DNA of 57,608 nt from Octopus sinensis (GCF_006345805.1 NW_021833593.1:1-57608), one strand, 5' to 3'. Counted from the stretch's first letter, positions 26,500-41,627 are shown. Notes: generated by a model not told the origin, from the sequence alone. Made by a program: numbers and translations.

Positions 26500-26710
26500 T
26501 TTGAGGGAATATAACTCCAAACTTACAGGGAAAAAAATATTCAATTTAGAAGTACTAAATCAAATTTCACACAATATAATATATATATAAAAAATTAGAA
26601 AAAAGACACCTTTTATCAATTCAAAATGAACAATTAACTTACACCATCTAGAAAATTACATATAATAAAATATTAAAATAAAATAACAATAAAATATCAG
26701 TGATTATGAG

Positions 26711-26830
<120 letters not shown>

Positions 26831-27207
26831 GTTCATATATATATATATATATGTATATACATATATATATATATGTGTGTGTGTGGTTATACAAAAATTC
26901 TATAATTATGAGTATAATTATAATTAGGGTTCAGCAAAAGTTTGCTTCACCACATACCGAAATTTAGAAATAGCAGTTAAAACTAATTATTTCACTACCA
27001 TAAGAAAATCTCCCAGACAGCAATACTCAACAACTCACGCAGGTAAAGAGTATTGGTCTCTGTCTCTCTTTCCCCCCTCTCTCTCTCTATCTATCTATCT
27101 ATCTGTCTGTCTGTCTATTCATCTATCTAACTATCTATCTCTGTAACTTACCTCATACTTGATGTTCCAACACTTATCTCCCTTCTTCTGTACTCTCTCT
27201 CTCTCTT

Positions 27208-27238
<31 letters not shown>

Positions 27239-27365
27239 CTCTATCTATCTCTCTCTCTATCTATCTATCTATATATCTATCTATCCATCTATCCATCTAT
27301 CCATCTATCTATCTATCTATCTATATCTATCTATCTATCTATCTATCTATGACTATCTATCTATC

Positions 27366-27407
<42 letters not shown>

Positions 27408-27784
27408 ATCTCTGTAACTTACCTCATACTTAACGTTCCAACATTTATAACGTAAGTTCTCTCCCTTCTTCTATACTCTCCATCGTTCTATCTACCCATC
27501 TATCTATCTGTCTATCTATGTGTCTATTTATCTTCTGCTTAACAACAAAAGTTCTCTCCCTTGTCTACTCTCCCTCTCCATTTTATTCCTGTACCTCTCT
27601 TACACTTAGCGTCCCCACACTTACAACACAAGTTCTCTCCCTTCTTTCCCCCTCTCCGTTTCTCTCTCTCTTTCTGTGTGTATTAGCATAGAGATAAAAC
27701 ATTCTACAGGATGATACAAAAGTCACCATACATAAGAACAATTTATTTTTTCCAGTTCTACATTTAAGAGATGAGGAATTATAT

Positions 27785-28075
27785 ACATTATTTACAATTG
27801 ACAGATATTTGTCCTCATCTTGTTTATTGTTAACACAACCTTTCAGCTGATATACCCTCCAGCCTTCTTCAGATGTCTTGGGGAAATTTCAAACCTGGGT
27901 TCTCATTCCTAAGGTATTTTTCGATGTTATAATTGCTATTATTATTATTATTATTATTATTTTTATTGTTCAGGTCCCCAAGACACCTGAAGAAGGCTGG
28001 AGGGTATATCAGCCGAAACGTTGTGTTAACAACAAACAAAATGAGGACAAATATCTGTTGAATGTAAATAATGTA
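27785..28075. mobile_element. Inverted pair of Penelope-like pseudo-LTR ends
   Basis: ~27785-27880 is the reverse complement of ~27978-28075; each arm carries a CTGAAGA...GAAA motif. Confidence 0.65.
27982..28027 (+). ncRNA. Minimal type I hammerhead ribozyme candidate
   Basis: GACAC-CTGAAGA-A-GGCTG(GAGGGTATAT)CAGCC-GAAA-CG-TT-GTGTT: stem I GACAC/GTGTT, 5-bp stem II, palindromic ACGT stem III. Confidence 0.55.
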
Positions 28076-28669
28076 AATAATGTCAATTTATTTTTTTATA
28101 AGAAACGTTTTCAATTTAACTGCTTCTTATAAAAAAATAAAATTCTCCTATGTATGGTCACTTTTGAATCACCCTGTATACGAACATATGTACATATATC
28201 TCATCTTTCTTTCAAAAATTGATTGCAGTTGTAAGAGTGAATTTTCAAATTTGCATATTGTAGTCACATGTCATTAACAGTATATTGTAGAACAATACAC
28301 GGATCTCCATAAAAATTTCTGGTTTGACATGAAACTCTAGGTCTCTGAGTAACACTTATAGAATAGTATGTATGTGTGTGTGTGTGTGTATTTGTGTGTT
28401 TATGTAAGTATGTATATATGGATGCATTTATATATGTATATCTATATATATAGGTGTGTGTATATATATGTGTTTGTACGTGTGTGTGTGCGTGTGTGTG
28501 CAAGTATGTGTGTGTATATATGTATTTATATATATATGTACACAAGTATATGTATACATACATATGCACATGCACATATATATAGGAATATGGTGATGTA
28601 TATAATACACACAATATATACATATGTAGACACACATGTATTATGTACATACACACACACATGTATACA

Positions 28670-28721
<52 letters not shown>

Positions 28722-28763
28722 AGACATACATATATGTGTTATGTACATACACACTTCTATACA

Positions 28764-28812
<49 letters not shown>

Positions 28813-29093
28813 GTATAGTATATATAAGTACACACAAATACATATATGTATTATGTACATACACACACACATATATATTTATATATAATGTACATAAATT
28901 AATTTTCAGACCTATTTGTCCACAAAGTGCCCTGATATATTGCATCAAGAGAGTAAAATATTATATACACGCAAATGGAGTGTATTTGTTTAACGTGTAG
29001 TGAATTTTCATCAGTATATACCAAAAAGGAAAACAATCCATGTTTCTTTCATATTTTCCTGGATTTTCCTCTTATTGTTATTATTATTATTAC

Positions 29094-29142
<49 letters not shown>

Positions 29143-29348
29143 AAAATGAAATCAGTATTATCTAATGCTCTGTTCATTCAACATATTTGCACACAATATA
29201 TTTTTGGATTATAAATATCACATATGTACATACATTATATATATATATATATATATGAAATTATATATATAATATGAAAATATATAAATATATATGAAAA
29301 TTATATATATATAATATATATGAAAATATATAAATATATATATGAAAA

Positions 29349-29389
<41 letters not shown>

Positions 29390-29504
29390 TGTATATATAT
29401 TTGTATATATAATATATGAAAATATATATATATATATGAAAAATATAAATATAATATGAAAATATATATATATATATATAGATATATGAAAATATTTATA
29501 TATA

Positions 29505-29554
<50 letters not shown>

Positions 29555-30167
29555 TGTATATATATATTGTATATATATATATATGAAATATATATATATA
29601 TATGAAAATATTTATATATATGTATAATATATATATGTGAAAATATATATATATATAAATATATATATATTTAAATGTATATTCAATGTATGTATATACA
29701 AATGTGTATACATTTGAACGTATATGCCTATCAGATACGCACGCATGCACATTTTCATAAATATCATTGTGTGTCGTGTATATATGTTTATGCGAATGCA
29801 TACGCATGTACATGTGTGTGTATGTGTGCATGCGCAGGTGTATCTGTGTGCATGCATGTCGTTGCATTTCCAGTTGGGAAAGTTTACCAAGATGTTTTTT
29901 CTTGCTCCCGTTTGAGTATCGCCGGTGTCACAACAAACCATAAATTAGTTAAAAATTTGCACAAACCTGTATTGACATCTGACAATGCATTCGTTATTTT
30001 ATCTAATTGCTATTTTTTTAATTGAATATATATCGATTTTTTTTAGGTATTATTTACCATATTTACATTTAATTGGGGTTTTTTTTTTTTGTCATTGTGA
30101 AAATCTTCCCTGCCCTTACTACCATCCCATCCCAGTCACAAATAAATTAGTGTTGGCAATGATGATG

Positions 30168-30212
<45 letters not shown>

Positions 30213-30262
30213 TTAATAATAATAATAATAATTAATTAATTCTTTTAATAATGATGATAATG

Positions 30263-30294
<32 letters not shown>

Positions 30295-30536
30295 AATGAT
30301 AATTAATTCTTTTATTAATAATAATAATAATACTAATGATAATTAATTATTTTATTATTAATAATAATAATAATAATAATAATTAATTCTTTTATTAATA
30401 ATAATAATGATAATAATATTAATTCTATTATTAATAATAATAAGAATTATTATATTATTTCTTTTATTAATAATAATAATAATATAATAATAATAATAAT
30501 AATAATAATTATTTTATTATTATTATTATTTCTTTT

Positions 30537-30575
<39 letters not shown>

Positions 30576-30601
30576 TAATTCTTTTATTATTATTAATAAT
30601 A

Positions 30602-30645
<44 letters not shown>

Positions 30646-30896
30646 GTCAAGACGAAGAACGCGAATCGATTGTAATTTTATTGAACGATATTTCAACAGT
30701 ATGTCTGTCTTTGTCACGTTCAAAGTAAGAAGTGATGAAAATTCAGAAATTTAAACGTAAAGTATGAATTTTCATCACTTCTTACTTTGAACTTAACAAA
30801 GACAGACGTACTGTTGAAATATTGTTCAATAAGATTACAATCGGTTTGCACTCTTCGTCCTGACTGTTTACCTTTGTGAAGAGTTACATCAATCCT
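30646..30896. repeat. Foldback MITE-like element
   Basis: ~100-bp inverted arms 30646-30745 and 30765-30862; an inverted sister copy starts at 31440. Confidence 0.75.
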
Positions 30897-30928
30897 TTTT
30901 TAAAAAAAAATATATAAAAAATATATAC

Positions 30929-31352
30929 ACAGGAGTGGCTGTGTGGTAAGTAGCTTGCTAACCAACCACATGGTTCCGGGTTCAGTCCCACTGTGTGGCA
31001 TCTTGGGCAAGTGTCTTCTGCTATAGCCCCGGGCCGACCAATGCCTTGTGAGTGGATTTGGTAGACGGAAACTGAAAGAAGCCTGTCGTATATATGTATA
31101 CATATATATATATATATATATATGTATGTGTTTGTGTGTCTGTGTTTGTCCCCCTAGCATTGCTTGACAACCGATGCTGGTGTGTTTATGTCCCCGTCAC
31201 TTAGCGGTTCGGCAAAAGAGACCGATAGAATAAGTACTGGGCTTACAAAAAAGAATAAGTCCCGGGGTCGATTTGCTCGACTAAAGGCGGTGCTCCAGCA
31301 TGGCCGCAGTTAAATGACTGAAACAAGTAAAAGAGTAAAAAAAGAGTAAAGA
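30929..31352 (+). mobile_element. SINE family A
   Basis: Near full-length match to 4495-4906. Confidence 0.85.
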
Positions 31353-31358
31353 GTAGTA

Positions 31359-31392
<34 letters not shown>

Positions 31393-31814
31393 TAATAATA
31401 CTAATGATAATAATAATAATGATGATGATATTTTAAAATGGATTGATGTAACTCTTCACAAAGGTAAACAGTCAAGACGAAACGTGCGATTCGATTGCAA
31501 TATATATTTTATTGGTTGATGATATTTTGACAGTAAGACTGTCCTTGTCAACTTCAAAGACAAAGACGGACTTAATGTTGAAATATCGATCAACCAATAA
31601 AATATATCTTACAATCAAAGCCTGCCCCTCATCTTAACTGTCTCTATTTTATTTCTTAGAAATTAATTTTTATGGTGAGAGAGCTTAAATTGTTTAATAA
31701 TAATGGTGATGGTGATGATGATGATAGGGATGCAGATTCCTTTACCCTAGGTGTTGGGGGAGATAGCTGGCCAAAAATGGAAACAAAATTGAATGAAGAT
31801 GACAATCTATCTAT

Positions 31815-32420
31815 CTATCCGCTCAGTCGAAGTCGACTCTCGGTTACTCGATGGATCAGTGTCCTCCAGTCAGTTCTATCCTGGGCCGCTTCTTTCAGAT
31901 TGGCTATGTCCATTCCGGTATCAGTCTTGATGGTGTCAAGCCAGCGGGTTCTTGGTCGGCCTCTTCCTCTCTTACCACTGACCATTCTGTATATATATAT
32001 ATATGCTCAGTCGAAGTTGATTCTCGGTCACTTGTTGGATCAGTGTCCTCCACTCAGAACTATCCTGGGCCGCTTTTTTGAGATTGGCTATGTCCATTCC
32101 GGTATCACTCTTGATGGTGTCAAGCCAGCGGGTTCTTGGTCGGCCTCTTCCTCTCTTACCACTGACCATTCCGTATATATATTATATATATATATATATA
32201 TATACGCTCAGTCGAAGTTGACTCTCGGTCACTCGATGAATCAGTGTCCTCCAGTCAGTTCTATCCTGGGCTGCTTCTTTCAGACTGGCTATGTCCATTC
32301 CGGTATCACTCTTGATGGCGTCAAGCCAGCGGGTTCTTGGTCGGCCTCTTCTTCTCTTGCCACTGACCATTCCGAGCATGATGTCCTTCACCAGGGATTT
32401 TGTCCCGCATAATATGGCCA
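31815..32420 (-). mobile_element. Three tandem RTE-clade LINE 3' ends
   Basis: MVSGKRRRGRPRTRWLDAIKSDTG...AAQDRTDWR..I..VT.S..RL is the RTE ORF2 C-terminus; each copy ends at a microsatellite. Confidence 0.85.
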
Positions 32421-32442
32421 AAATATTACGACAATAGCAATG

Positions 32443-32506
<64 letters not shown>

Positions 32507-32544
32507 ATAATATAATAATAATAAAATAATAATAATAATGAATA

Positions 32545-32577
<33 letters not shown>

Positions 32578-33258
32578 TGATGATAATATAAGCTAGAAAA
32601 TAATAGATCAGACATAACACCCATAGATAAAGAAAAGTGAAGTTTCTTAGTAAGTGAGCCATGGTGTCTGTTTGATTCCAGGATTGTAAAGAAAGGGGAT
32701 GGAAAAAATTTTCATTCACTCGTTATCAAACCCATTATATTGTGGCCCCCTCTTTTTTTTTATCTATAGCCCTCCCCCGGTCCCGACCTCACTTTCACCA
32801 CGCACATTTTAACACCTCTGCCATTTCACTTCTCTACTTAAAAAAAGATTGTTTGTTTTGTTTTGTTTTTTTTTTAAATTTGAAAAAGAGAAGGAGGTGC
32901 AGGAGGGGTGGAGCAACTGTTTGTTATTGATGCTGTTGTTATGTTTTTTTTTTTGGAGGTTTTTTTTTTTTTTATCTCCCACTACTTTTTGCTTGCTTGT
33001 TGGATTAAGAAGAGCAGGGCAAGGCCAGGAGACAAACGTTTGTTTCTCTTGAATTTTATTGTTATTGTAGTGTTTGTTTTTTTGGGGGTGTTTTTTTTTT
33101 TGGCAACTGTGGGGATCACATGACATGCTGGTGTAGAAGTCACTCACTCACGCACACACACACACACACACAGAAACAAATTTGTACACAAGCAAACATG
33201 CATATATTTAATACACACCATACACACACACAGATACATGTATACTGATATGTATTTG

Positions 33259-33304
<46 letters not shown>

Positions 33305-33310
33305 ATATAT

Positions 33311-33341
<31 letters not shown>

Positions 33342-33503
33342 GTATATATATGTATATATATGTATGCATGTGTATATATATGTCTGTATGTGTATATATG
33401 TATGTATATATATATTTATGTATACATACATATCTATACACACACACACACACACCACACACACATATATATATAAATATATATATATATGTATATATAT
33501 ATA

Positions 33504-33538
<35 letters not shown>

Positions 33539-33716
33539 CATATATATACATATATATATACATATATATACATATATATATATGTATATATATTTATATA
33601 TATATGTATATATATTTATGTATATATATATACATATATATATATAAATATATATATATATACATATACATATATATGTATATATATAATATATATGTAT
33701 ATATATATGTATATAC

Positions 33717-33754
<38 letters not shown>

Positions 33755-33801
33755 ATGTATATATACATATATGTGCATATATATGTATGTATGTATGTAT
33801 A

Positions 33802-33860
<59 letters not shown>

Positions 33861-34279
33861 ACGTGTGCAAACAGACACATACACAAACACACGCATGCAC
33901 ACCACGATGTCATAGTGTTCAAACTCAGCAGTTTTGTTATGATCAATTTGTCATTTTGAAATGTGTGACAGAGAGAGAGAAAGAGAGAAAAAAATTTTAT
34001 GGGGAAGAAAAAAAATAAAAATAAAATATTAATATAACAAATTTTAAATTTTTCAAAAGTGAAGAAAAAAAAATGTTAAACAACAACAACAACCACAATA
34101 CGATGTAAATAAATTGTTTCTTTCTTTCTTTTTTCGTTTCTCAGTTTCTCATTTGTATGTTTGTGTGTACGTACCGTGCTATGGGCAACCCAGTTGGTTT
34201 CCGCAGTTGACAAAGTTGAAAGGCAGAAAGGCGCATACGTCCTACCATCTAATGACCTCATCTACAGCCTAAAAACATA

Positions 34280-34872
34280 TATAAAGCTGAAGTTGTCTGT
34301 GTATGCCTTCAACTAACACTATCTTCTCCGAGACCCTGCAGCGCAAGTTGACCAAAACTCAGAGTATGGTAGAAGAAGGCTTGCTCTTCTTTCCGTAGAA
34401 GGAAAAATTCAAATCGGACCATGTTAACACCAAAAATTATTTACATCAAAAATGTGCTTTTTTTTCTATGAAAATCACTATTTTTAACGATTTATAAAGC
34501 TGAAGTTGTCTGTGTATGGCAGGTTTGGTAGCCTTCAACTAACACTATCTCCTCCGAGACCCTGCGGTGCAAGTTGACCAAATATGAGAATATGATAGAA
34601 GAAGGCTTGCTCTTCATTCCGTAGAAGAAAAAATTCAAATCGGACCATGTTAACACCAAAAATTATTTACATCAAAAAGGTGCTTTTTCTATGAAAATTC
34701 TTATTTTTTACGATTTTTTGACTGCTGTGTCGCCATTTTTCGGTGTATTTCAACCAGAAAAATGTTCACTTGTAGAGAATAACAAGCTACATAATGCACA
34801 AATTTTACTTTTCAAAAATTCCAATTCTAAAGGGTCGAAACAAACCCGAGCAATGCTGGGCGATACTGCTAG
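34280..34872 (+). mobile_element. Helitron-like element with a duplicated 5' part
   Basis: Ends GATACTGCTAG|T; 34282-34490 is repeated at 34492-34700. Confidence 0.65.
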
Positions 34873-35265
34873 TGTAAATTACTATTTATAAATCTCACAA
34901 TGGGAGATATTCAGCAACACTACTTTGGAGTAAAGATTGTTTTACTGTTAAATCTGGAAGCTTCTTCACAGATCAAGTTTATTAATGGATCAGAATTTCG
35001 TTGATAGACCAGAAAGATTAAGAGATCATAAAGTCAAGTGAAAGTTCTTGCGTAAATTAATGGATCTTATAGTGGTCGGTTATCAGATTGTAAACTAATT
35101 TGGTAGTAATTAAAATAAGTTAATAAATTACAAATATTAAGTTAACAGATCACATTCGAAGTGTATTTCAGAAGTTCTGAGACTTCTTTTAGGAGAGACA
35201 GTTATAACTTAGAAAAATTACTATTTGTAAATCTCACAACGAGAGATATTCAGCAACAGTACTTT

Positions 35266-36900
35266 GGAGTAAAGATTGTTTGCCAACATAACATGGCAGT
35301 CCTGGTTTAGGACGAATGTTGCTGTAATTTAGCCCCAGGACACATCGTCTCCAGCTGGCCATATAACATGATCTGTGTCCTTATATTTTCGAACAAGGGA
35401 ATGTAGCACCCCCACTCAGCTCAAAGCAATATCTGTGTATTGCGATTTCCGGGTTATTTCCCTTCATCAGTACAGAATAATTGTTCGGCTAGAGGTGGCG
35501 CTGCCAAATTCCCATTCGAAATATATAGTTTTCAAAGTGAAAACTAGTCACTGATCTATAAATTAGAAAATTACTATTTGTAAATCTCACAACGAGAGAT
35601 ATTCAGCAACAGTACTTTGGAGTAAAGATTGTTTGTCAACATAACATGGCAGTCCTGGTTTAGGACGAATGTTGCTGTAATTTAGCCCCAGGAGACATCG
35701 TGTCCAGCTGGCTAAAAGACACGATCTGTGTCCTTATATTTTCAAACAAGGGAATCTAGCACCCCCACTCAGCTCAAAGAAATGGAGTAAAGATTGTTTG
35801 CCAACATAACATGGCAGTCCTGGTTTAGGACGAATGTTGCAGTAATTTAGCCCCAGGAGACATCGTGTCCAGCTGGCTAAAAGACACGATCTGTGTCCTT
35901 ATATTTTCAAACAAGGGAATCTAGCACCCCCACTCAGCTCAAAGAAATGGAGTAAAGATTGTTTGCCAACATAACATGGCAGTTCTGGTTTAGGACGAAT
36001 GTTGCAGTAATTTAGCCCCAGGAGACATCGTGTCCACTGGCTAAAAGACACGATCTGTGTCCTTAATTTTCAAACAAGGGAATCTAGCACCCCCACTCAG
36101 CTCAAAGAAATGGAGTAAAGATTGTTTGCCAACAAACATGGCAGTTCTGGTTTAGGACGAATGTTGCAGTAATTTAGCCCCAGGAGACATCGTGTCCAGC
36201 TGGCTAAAAGACACGATCTGTGTCCTTATTTTCAAACAAGGGAATCTAGCACCCCCACTCAGCTCAAGAAATGGAGTAAAGATTGTTTGCCAACATAACA
36301 TGGCAGTCCTGGTTTAGGACGAATGTTGCAGTAATTTAGCCCCAGGAGACATCGTGTCCAGCTGGCAAAAAGACACGATCTGGTCCTTATATTTTCAAAC
36401 AAGGGAATCTAGCACCCCCACTCAGCTCAAAGAAATGGAGTAAAGATTGTTTGCCAACATAACATGGCAGTTCTGGTTTAGGACGAATGTTGCAGTAATT
36501 TAGCCCCAGGAGACATCGTGTCCAGCTGGCTAAAAGACACGATCTGTGTCCTTATATTTTCAAACAAGGGAATCTAGCACCCCCACTCAGCTCAAAGAAA
36601 TGGAGTAAAGATTGTTTGCCAACATAACATGGCAGTCCTGGTTTAGGACGAATGTTGCAGTAATTTAGCCCCAGGAGACATCGTGTCCAGCTGGCTAAAA
36701 GACACGATCTGTGTCCTTATATTTTCAAACAAGAGAATGTAGCACCCCCACTCAGCTCAAAGAAATGGAGTAAAGATTGTTTGTCAACATAACATGGCAG
36801 TCCTGGTTTAGGACGAATGCCCCAGGAGACATCGTGTCCAGCTGGCTAAAAGACACGATCTGTTTCCTTATATTTTTTTAACAAGGGAATCTAGCACCTC
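35266..36900. repeat. 165-bp tandem satellite (8 tandem copies plus 1 upstream copy)
   Basis: GGAGTAAAGATTGTTT at 35266, 35619, 35784, 35949, 36112, 36273, 36437, 36602 and 36767. Confidence 0.92.
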
Positions 36901-36904
36901 CATT

Positions 36905-37255
36905 CGTGTGCCTTGGGTATGTGCTGTGGTTTGCTGTGATACTCTTATGGTTACTGTATTGAAAGTATTTTGCGTAGGATGTGTGCAGTGCCCAGTAGTG
37001 CAATTTTCTGTATGTTATATATATTTGTAAGTCCTGGTGTTTTTGTTATGTATTTTTCTGAATATTTTTTTATTATACTTAAGGCACCTACTATGATAGG
37101 AATTGTTTCTGTTTTTAGATTCCACATTCGAGTTACCTCTATTTCCAGGTCTTTGTATTTTGAAAGTTTCTCCATTTCTTTTAGGGAAACGTTGCCATCT
37201 GCTGGAATTGATACATCAATTAGAAATCCTTTTTTCTTCATGATATCTGACAACT
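36905..37255 (-). mobile_element. Non-LTR retrotransposon 3' fragment with restriction-like endonuclease (R4/Dong-like)
   Basis: IDVSIPADGNV..KE.EKLSKYKDLEIEVTRMW....IPIIVGAL motif. Confidence 0.8.
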
Positions 37256-38334
37256 ATATCTGGCCTATTGGCCTTAATTTCTCTACTTGTATGTATTGGC
37301 ATATCCCAGAGTATGGCTGCTTTCTCGTTTTCTGTGACCTTTTCTGGTGTGTGCCTATAGCATCATTTTTCTGTTGTTATTCCATAGCGTTGGCATAGCT
37401 TCCACTGCCTGGAATTGAACTTGGAATCTTGGGGTTAGTAGCCCGCGCTCTTAACCACTACACCATATGCCCGTGGATTTAAAATATAAAAAATAAAAAT
37501 ATGTTGAAATTGTACGGGAAATTCATTAAAAGAAACCTATAGTAATCTAGAATAGCAAAAGGTCACATTGATTCCAAAAAGGTTAAATAATGCTTGAAAC
37601 GGAAGTAGGGAAAGTAGAGACATGTAGAGGTATGTGTTGGCTGTTATTTAGAAAGAGGGAGTGAGTTTATACCAGAGAGAGAGAAAAAGAGAGAGAGAGA
37701 GACAGAGAGAGATAGAGAGGGAGATAGAGAGAAAGAGAGAGGGGAGAGAGAGATTGTGTGTGTGTGTATATGCATGTATGCATGTGTGTGTGCATGTATG
37801 TGTGTGTATATGCATGTGTGCGTGTGTGTGTATGTGCATGTATGTGTGTGTGTATGTGTGTATGCATGTATGTTTGTGTATATGCATGTATGCATGTATG
37901 CGTGTGTGTGTGTGTGTGCATGTGTGTGTGTGTATGTGTGTATGTATGTATGTTTGTGTATATGCATGTATGCGTGTGTGTGTGCATGTGTGTGTGTATA
38001 TACGTGTATATGTGTGTATGCACGTATATGTGTGTGTGTGTGTGTGGTAGTTTAGAGTCATTGGTCTGGTCGGCTGGATGGTAGCATGATCTTTCCTCTA
38101 GCATTTCAGAAGGCGCAAATGGTGTGAAATTTTGACCCAGACCGACAAATTTAAAGGGAGTGTGTGTGTGTGTGTGGGGAGGGGTGAAGGTAGTCGACAG
38201 CCCCCAGCCCTCGAACTTCATTGGTAGCTGATTGAATGAGGGGAAACTGGAGTGAAGCAAGAATGAGGAAATGCTGCTAAGCGTTTAGTCGAAAGCACCA
38301 GCATTTCTGTTGGCTCACCCCCTTGAAGGTACTT

Positions 38335-38382
<48 letters not shown>

Positions 38383-38439
38383 GTAATAGTAATAATAATA
38401 ATGATAATAATAATAATAATAATAGTAATAATAATAATG

Positions 38440-38544
<105 letters not shown>

Positions 38545-38777
38545 TACTCTCTATGTAATCCCAAGGTTAAAACAAACTTTTTAAAAATTTTTTTAAAAAT
38601 TTTATTTATTTATTTATTTATTTTTATATATATATATATTTTTTTTATGTATTAGACATTCACTAGTACAACCCCCCCCCAAATATATGGCACAGAACTT
38701 CCAACCTGTTGTCTCTTGAGGTCTCTGGGTGAGACTTGGAGCCAACTTGTACAGACATAAAGCAAAAGTCAAACATA

Positions 38778-38827
<50 letters not shown>

Positions 38828-39300
38828 TGAAAGACCAAAACAATAAAGTTTGCTTATTGATCGACATGAGCATCCCCTGTGATCATAATATCTCGGCGAA
38901 AGAGTTTGACAAGCCCAGAAAATAGAAAGACCTGCTCATTGAAATTGAGAAAATGTGGCATCTCAAGGCGGTTACAATACCAGTGATCGTAGGAGCACTA
39001 GGAATGATCAAGAAGGGAACCGAAAATTATATGAGAATGATCCCTGGCTTACCATCCCTGCAAGAAGTGCAAAAGATTGTCTTAACTGGTACATCATACG
39101 TATTGAGAAGAGCATTGTCGATGTGAGAACCGTTACTGCTCATGTATTTTAATTAACTTTAAAAACATTTTTTTTAAATTAACGAACTAATGAGTTTAGT
39201 TAATGGCTACTACAATGTATACTATGAGTTTCTTTGCCCTAGGAGTCGGGAAGACACTCGGCAAGAAATGGAAGCAAATTGAAAGAAGAAGAAAAAGATA
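38828..39300 (+). mobile_element. R4/Dong-like 3' fragment
   Basis: Same endonuclease motif with frameshifts; (AAT)n on both sides. Confidence 0.75.
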
Positions 39301-39321
39301 ACAATAATAATAGTAATAATA

Positions 39322-39374
<53 letters not shown>

Positions 39375-39921
39375 CCCTGATGCAGTACCAGGCAGTGGCT
39401 CTCATGGCTTCTGATCTTAACTGATTGGAAGTGTTTTCATGTACATTGTTTTGTCTTCGTATAAAAAGATGGCCTACAGCAAATATTCTGCTCAATACCA
39501 CAGATTTGCTTGTCAGTTGTTTGACCATAACCATTTGATTATGTCCCTTAGTGGCTGACGATATGTGCATCTCTGATCACGAGCAGAAGTAGTGGGGGAG
39601 CATCATAGCTATGTGTTGAGAGGGATTCTTTGGGGTTTGGATAATTCACCTCTGGAAACATGGGTGTTTCGTTCCACATCCTTAAACAACCCTTATTCAG
39701 GAACCTTTTGAGCAGGATGGGCTACTCGACCTGAAGAAACTGGGCCCCACCTGCAAGGTCATGTGCTGTTTATCTTGACATTAGATCACTATGTCGCACA
39801 CATATGATTGTGATGCATGTGCCTGGTGTACCCTTATCAGACAGGTAGTCATGATGGGTATACTGGGCTTCGTAAATTTTACCCCAGTGTCACTTTGATG
39901 GCATGCACTGCTCTCTCACTC

Positions 39922-39925
<4 letters not shown>
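39375..39925. repeat. Unclassified dispersed repeat between (AAT)n tracts
   Basis: Partial second copy at 13403-13640. Confidence 0.65.
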
Positions 39926-39964
<39 letters not shown>

Positions 39965-39984
39965 CTATAAAAGCTAATTAACTG

Positions 39985-40470
39985 GATATTATTATAAAAG
40001 ATCAGACAAAAAGGATGTGTTTATTAATTGACATGAATATTCCTTGCGATCACAATATAGCGGCGAAAGGATTTGACAAGATCAGTAAATATAAAGACTT
40101 GATAATAGAAATTGAAAAAATGTGGCATCTCAATGTGACTACAGTACCAGTGATTGTAGGATCTCTAGGAATGATAAAAAAAAAAGGTACTGAAACCTAT
40201 TTGAAAATGATACCAGGCTTACCATCCCTACAGGAAGTGCAAAAAATCATGTTAACTGGAACAGCTCATGTACTGAGAAGAGCATTATCGCTGTGGAAAC
40301 AACATCCATCCATGAATTTATTTATTCATTAATTTTTTTAAAAACATACTTTACCTGTGAATTTGTGTGTGTAATCTGAGAATGCATACAATGAGCTTCT
40401 CTGCCCTAGGTGTACGGAAAACACTCAGTGAGAAATGGAAGAAAATTTGAAGAAAGAAGGAAAAAAACAC
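39985..40470 (+). mobile_element. R4/Dong-like 3' fragment
   Basis: ORF 40015-40332: LIDMNIPCDHNIAAKGFDKISKYKDLIIEIEKMW...VPVIVGSLG. Confidence 0.8.
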
Positions 40471-41231
40471 CAACAACAACAATAATAATAATAATAACAA
40501 TAATTTTCTGATTTAGCTGCGAGGTCTATAATTTTGAAGAGATGAAGTTAGTTAATTACGTCAACCATAGTAATTAATTAGTGCTTAACTTTAATAACTG
40601 TTTCTAATTTTGGCACAAGGTCAGTAGTTTTGAAGGAGTGGGGTTGTCAAAATCATTGACAAATGGGCACTTTACTGTATTGGCCCCATAAAGATAAAAT
40701 GCAAAGATGACATTGACGAACATTGAACTCAGAATGTAGCAAGCTGGAATAAATACCACAAGGCACTTTGCCCAACCCTCCAATGATTTTTATAATACAC
40801 TGCTATTATAACAATAATAAAAATAACAACAAAATACATAATGATATTTATATACAAATTTTGTTATCTTTATTTATAATGTTCCAGTTATATGATATAA
40901 AAAAAAAGGATGTTACAATTCATACAGAGAAATTAAGGCAAATCTACCTGACATTATAATCAGAGACAATTTGGAAAATAAAAATAAAAATGTCGTTTAA
41001 TTGAAGATATTAATTCCACTGCATGGCAATACATTTGAAATAGCAATAGAAAAAGAGAGATTATTACAATAAAAAGATCTGGAAATAGAGATAAGCAAAT
41101 TGTAGGTATTGAAGATAAAAACAATCCCCACAATAAAAAGTACCATCGGATGACTAAAATAAGCACAGGCAAAGGCATAAACAAAAGCTTCAGGACTTAT
41201 ATGTATAACACACAGAGAAATAGAAGCATAA

Positions 41232-41627
41232 TCTTTATATATAAAAGTGAGGTTGTGTGCTGTCTGTCTCCTACGATTTAGATTCCTAACTACTCCCACA
41301 TTCTGCGGTGCAGTTTAACCAAAACCGGGTATCTTATAGTCATGATTCATATCGAGCCTTTCTGGGTATTAGTGCGCGTCTACGATGAGTCTACGATTTA
41401 AAAAAATTTACCATCAATTTTTCCCATTTTTAATGCATTTTTGGCATATATAAGGGAAGTAACTCTCTAAAAATCTAGCATTAAATCTCAGAACGTAAAA
41501 AGCTACAGTAACACCCCACCCCTTTGTGGTTAGCCATATTGAGATGGCTATTATACTTTACGTCTCTAAAAATGCTTATATAGTTATTTCCCTTACAAAC
41601 CCGAGCAACGCCGGGCGATACTGCTGG
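41232..41627 (+). mobile_element. Helitron-like element, same family as 3650-4047
   Basis: A|TC start, CTGG|T end (CTAG variant). Confidence 0.7.

Noticed and set aside
34160-34275. Short GC-balanced unique island
   Set aside because: Open in one plus frame but no recognisable homology or splice sites; cannot be called without a search.
35619-36900. CRISPR-like regular array
   Set aside because: No unique spacers, units are whole-length repeats, no cas genes, eukaryotic context.
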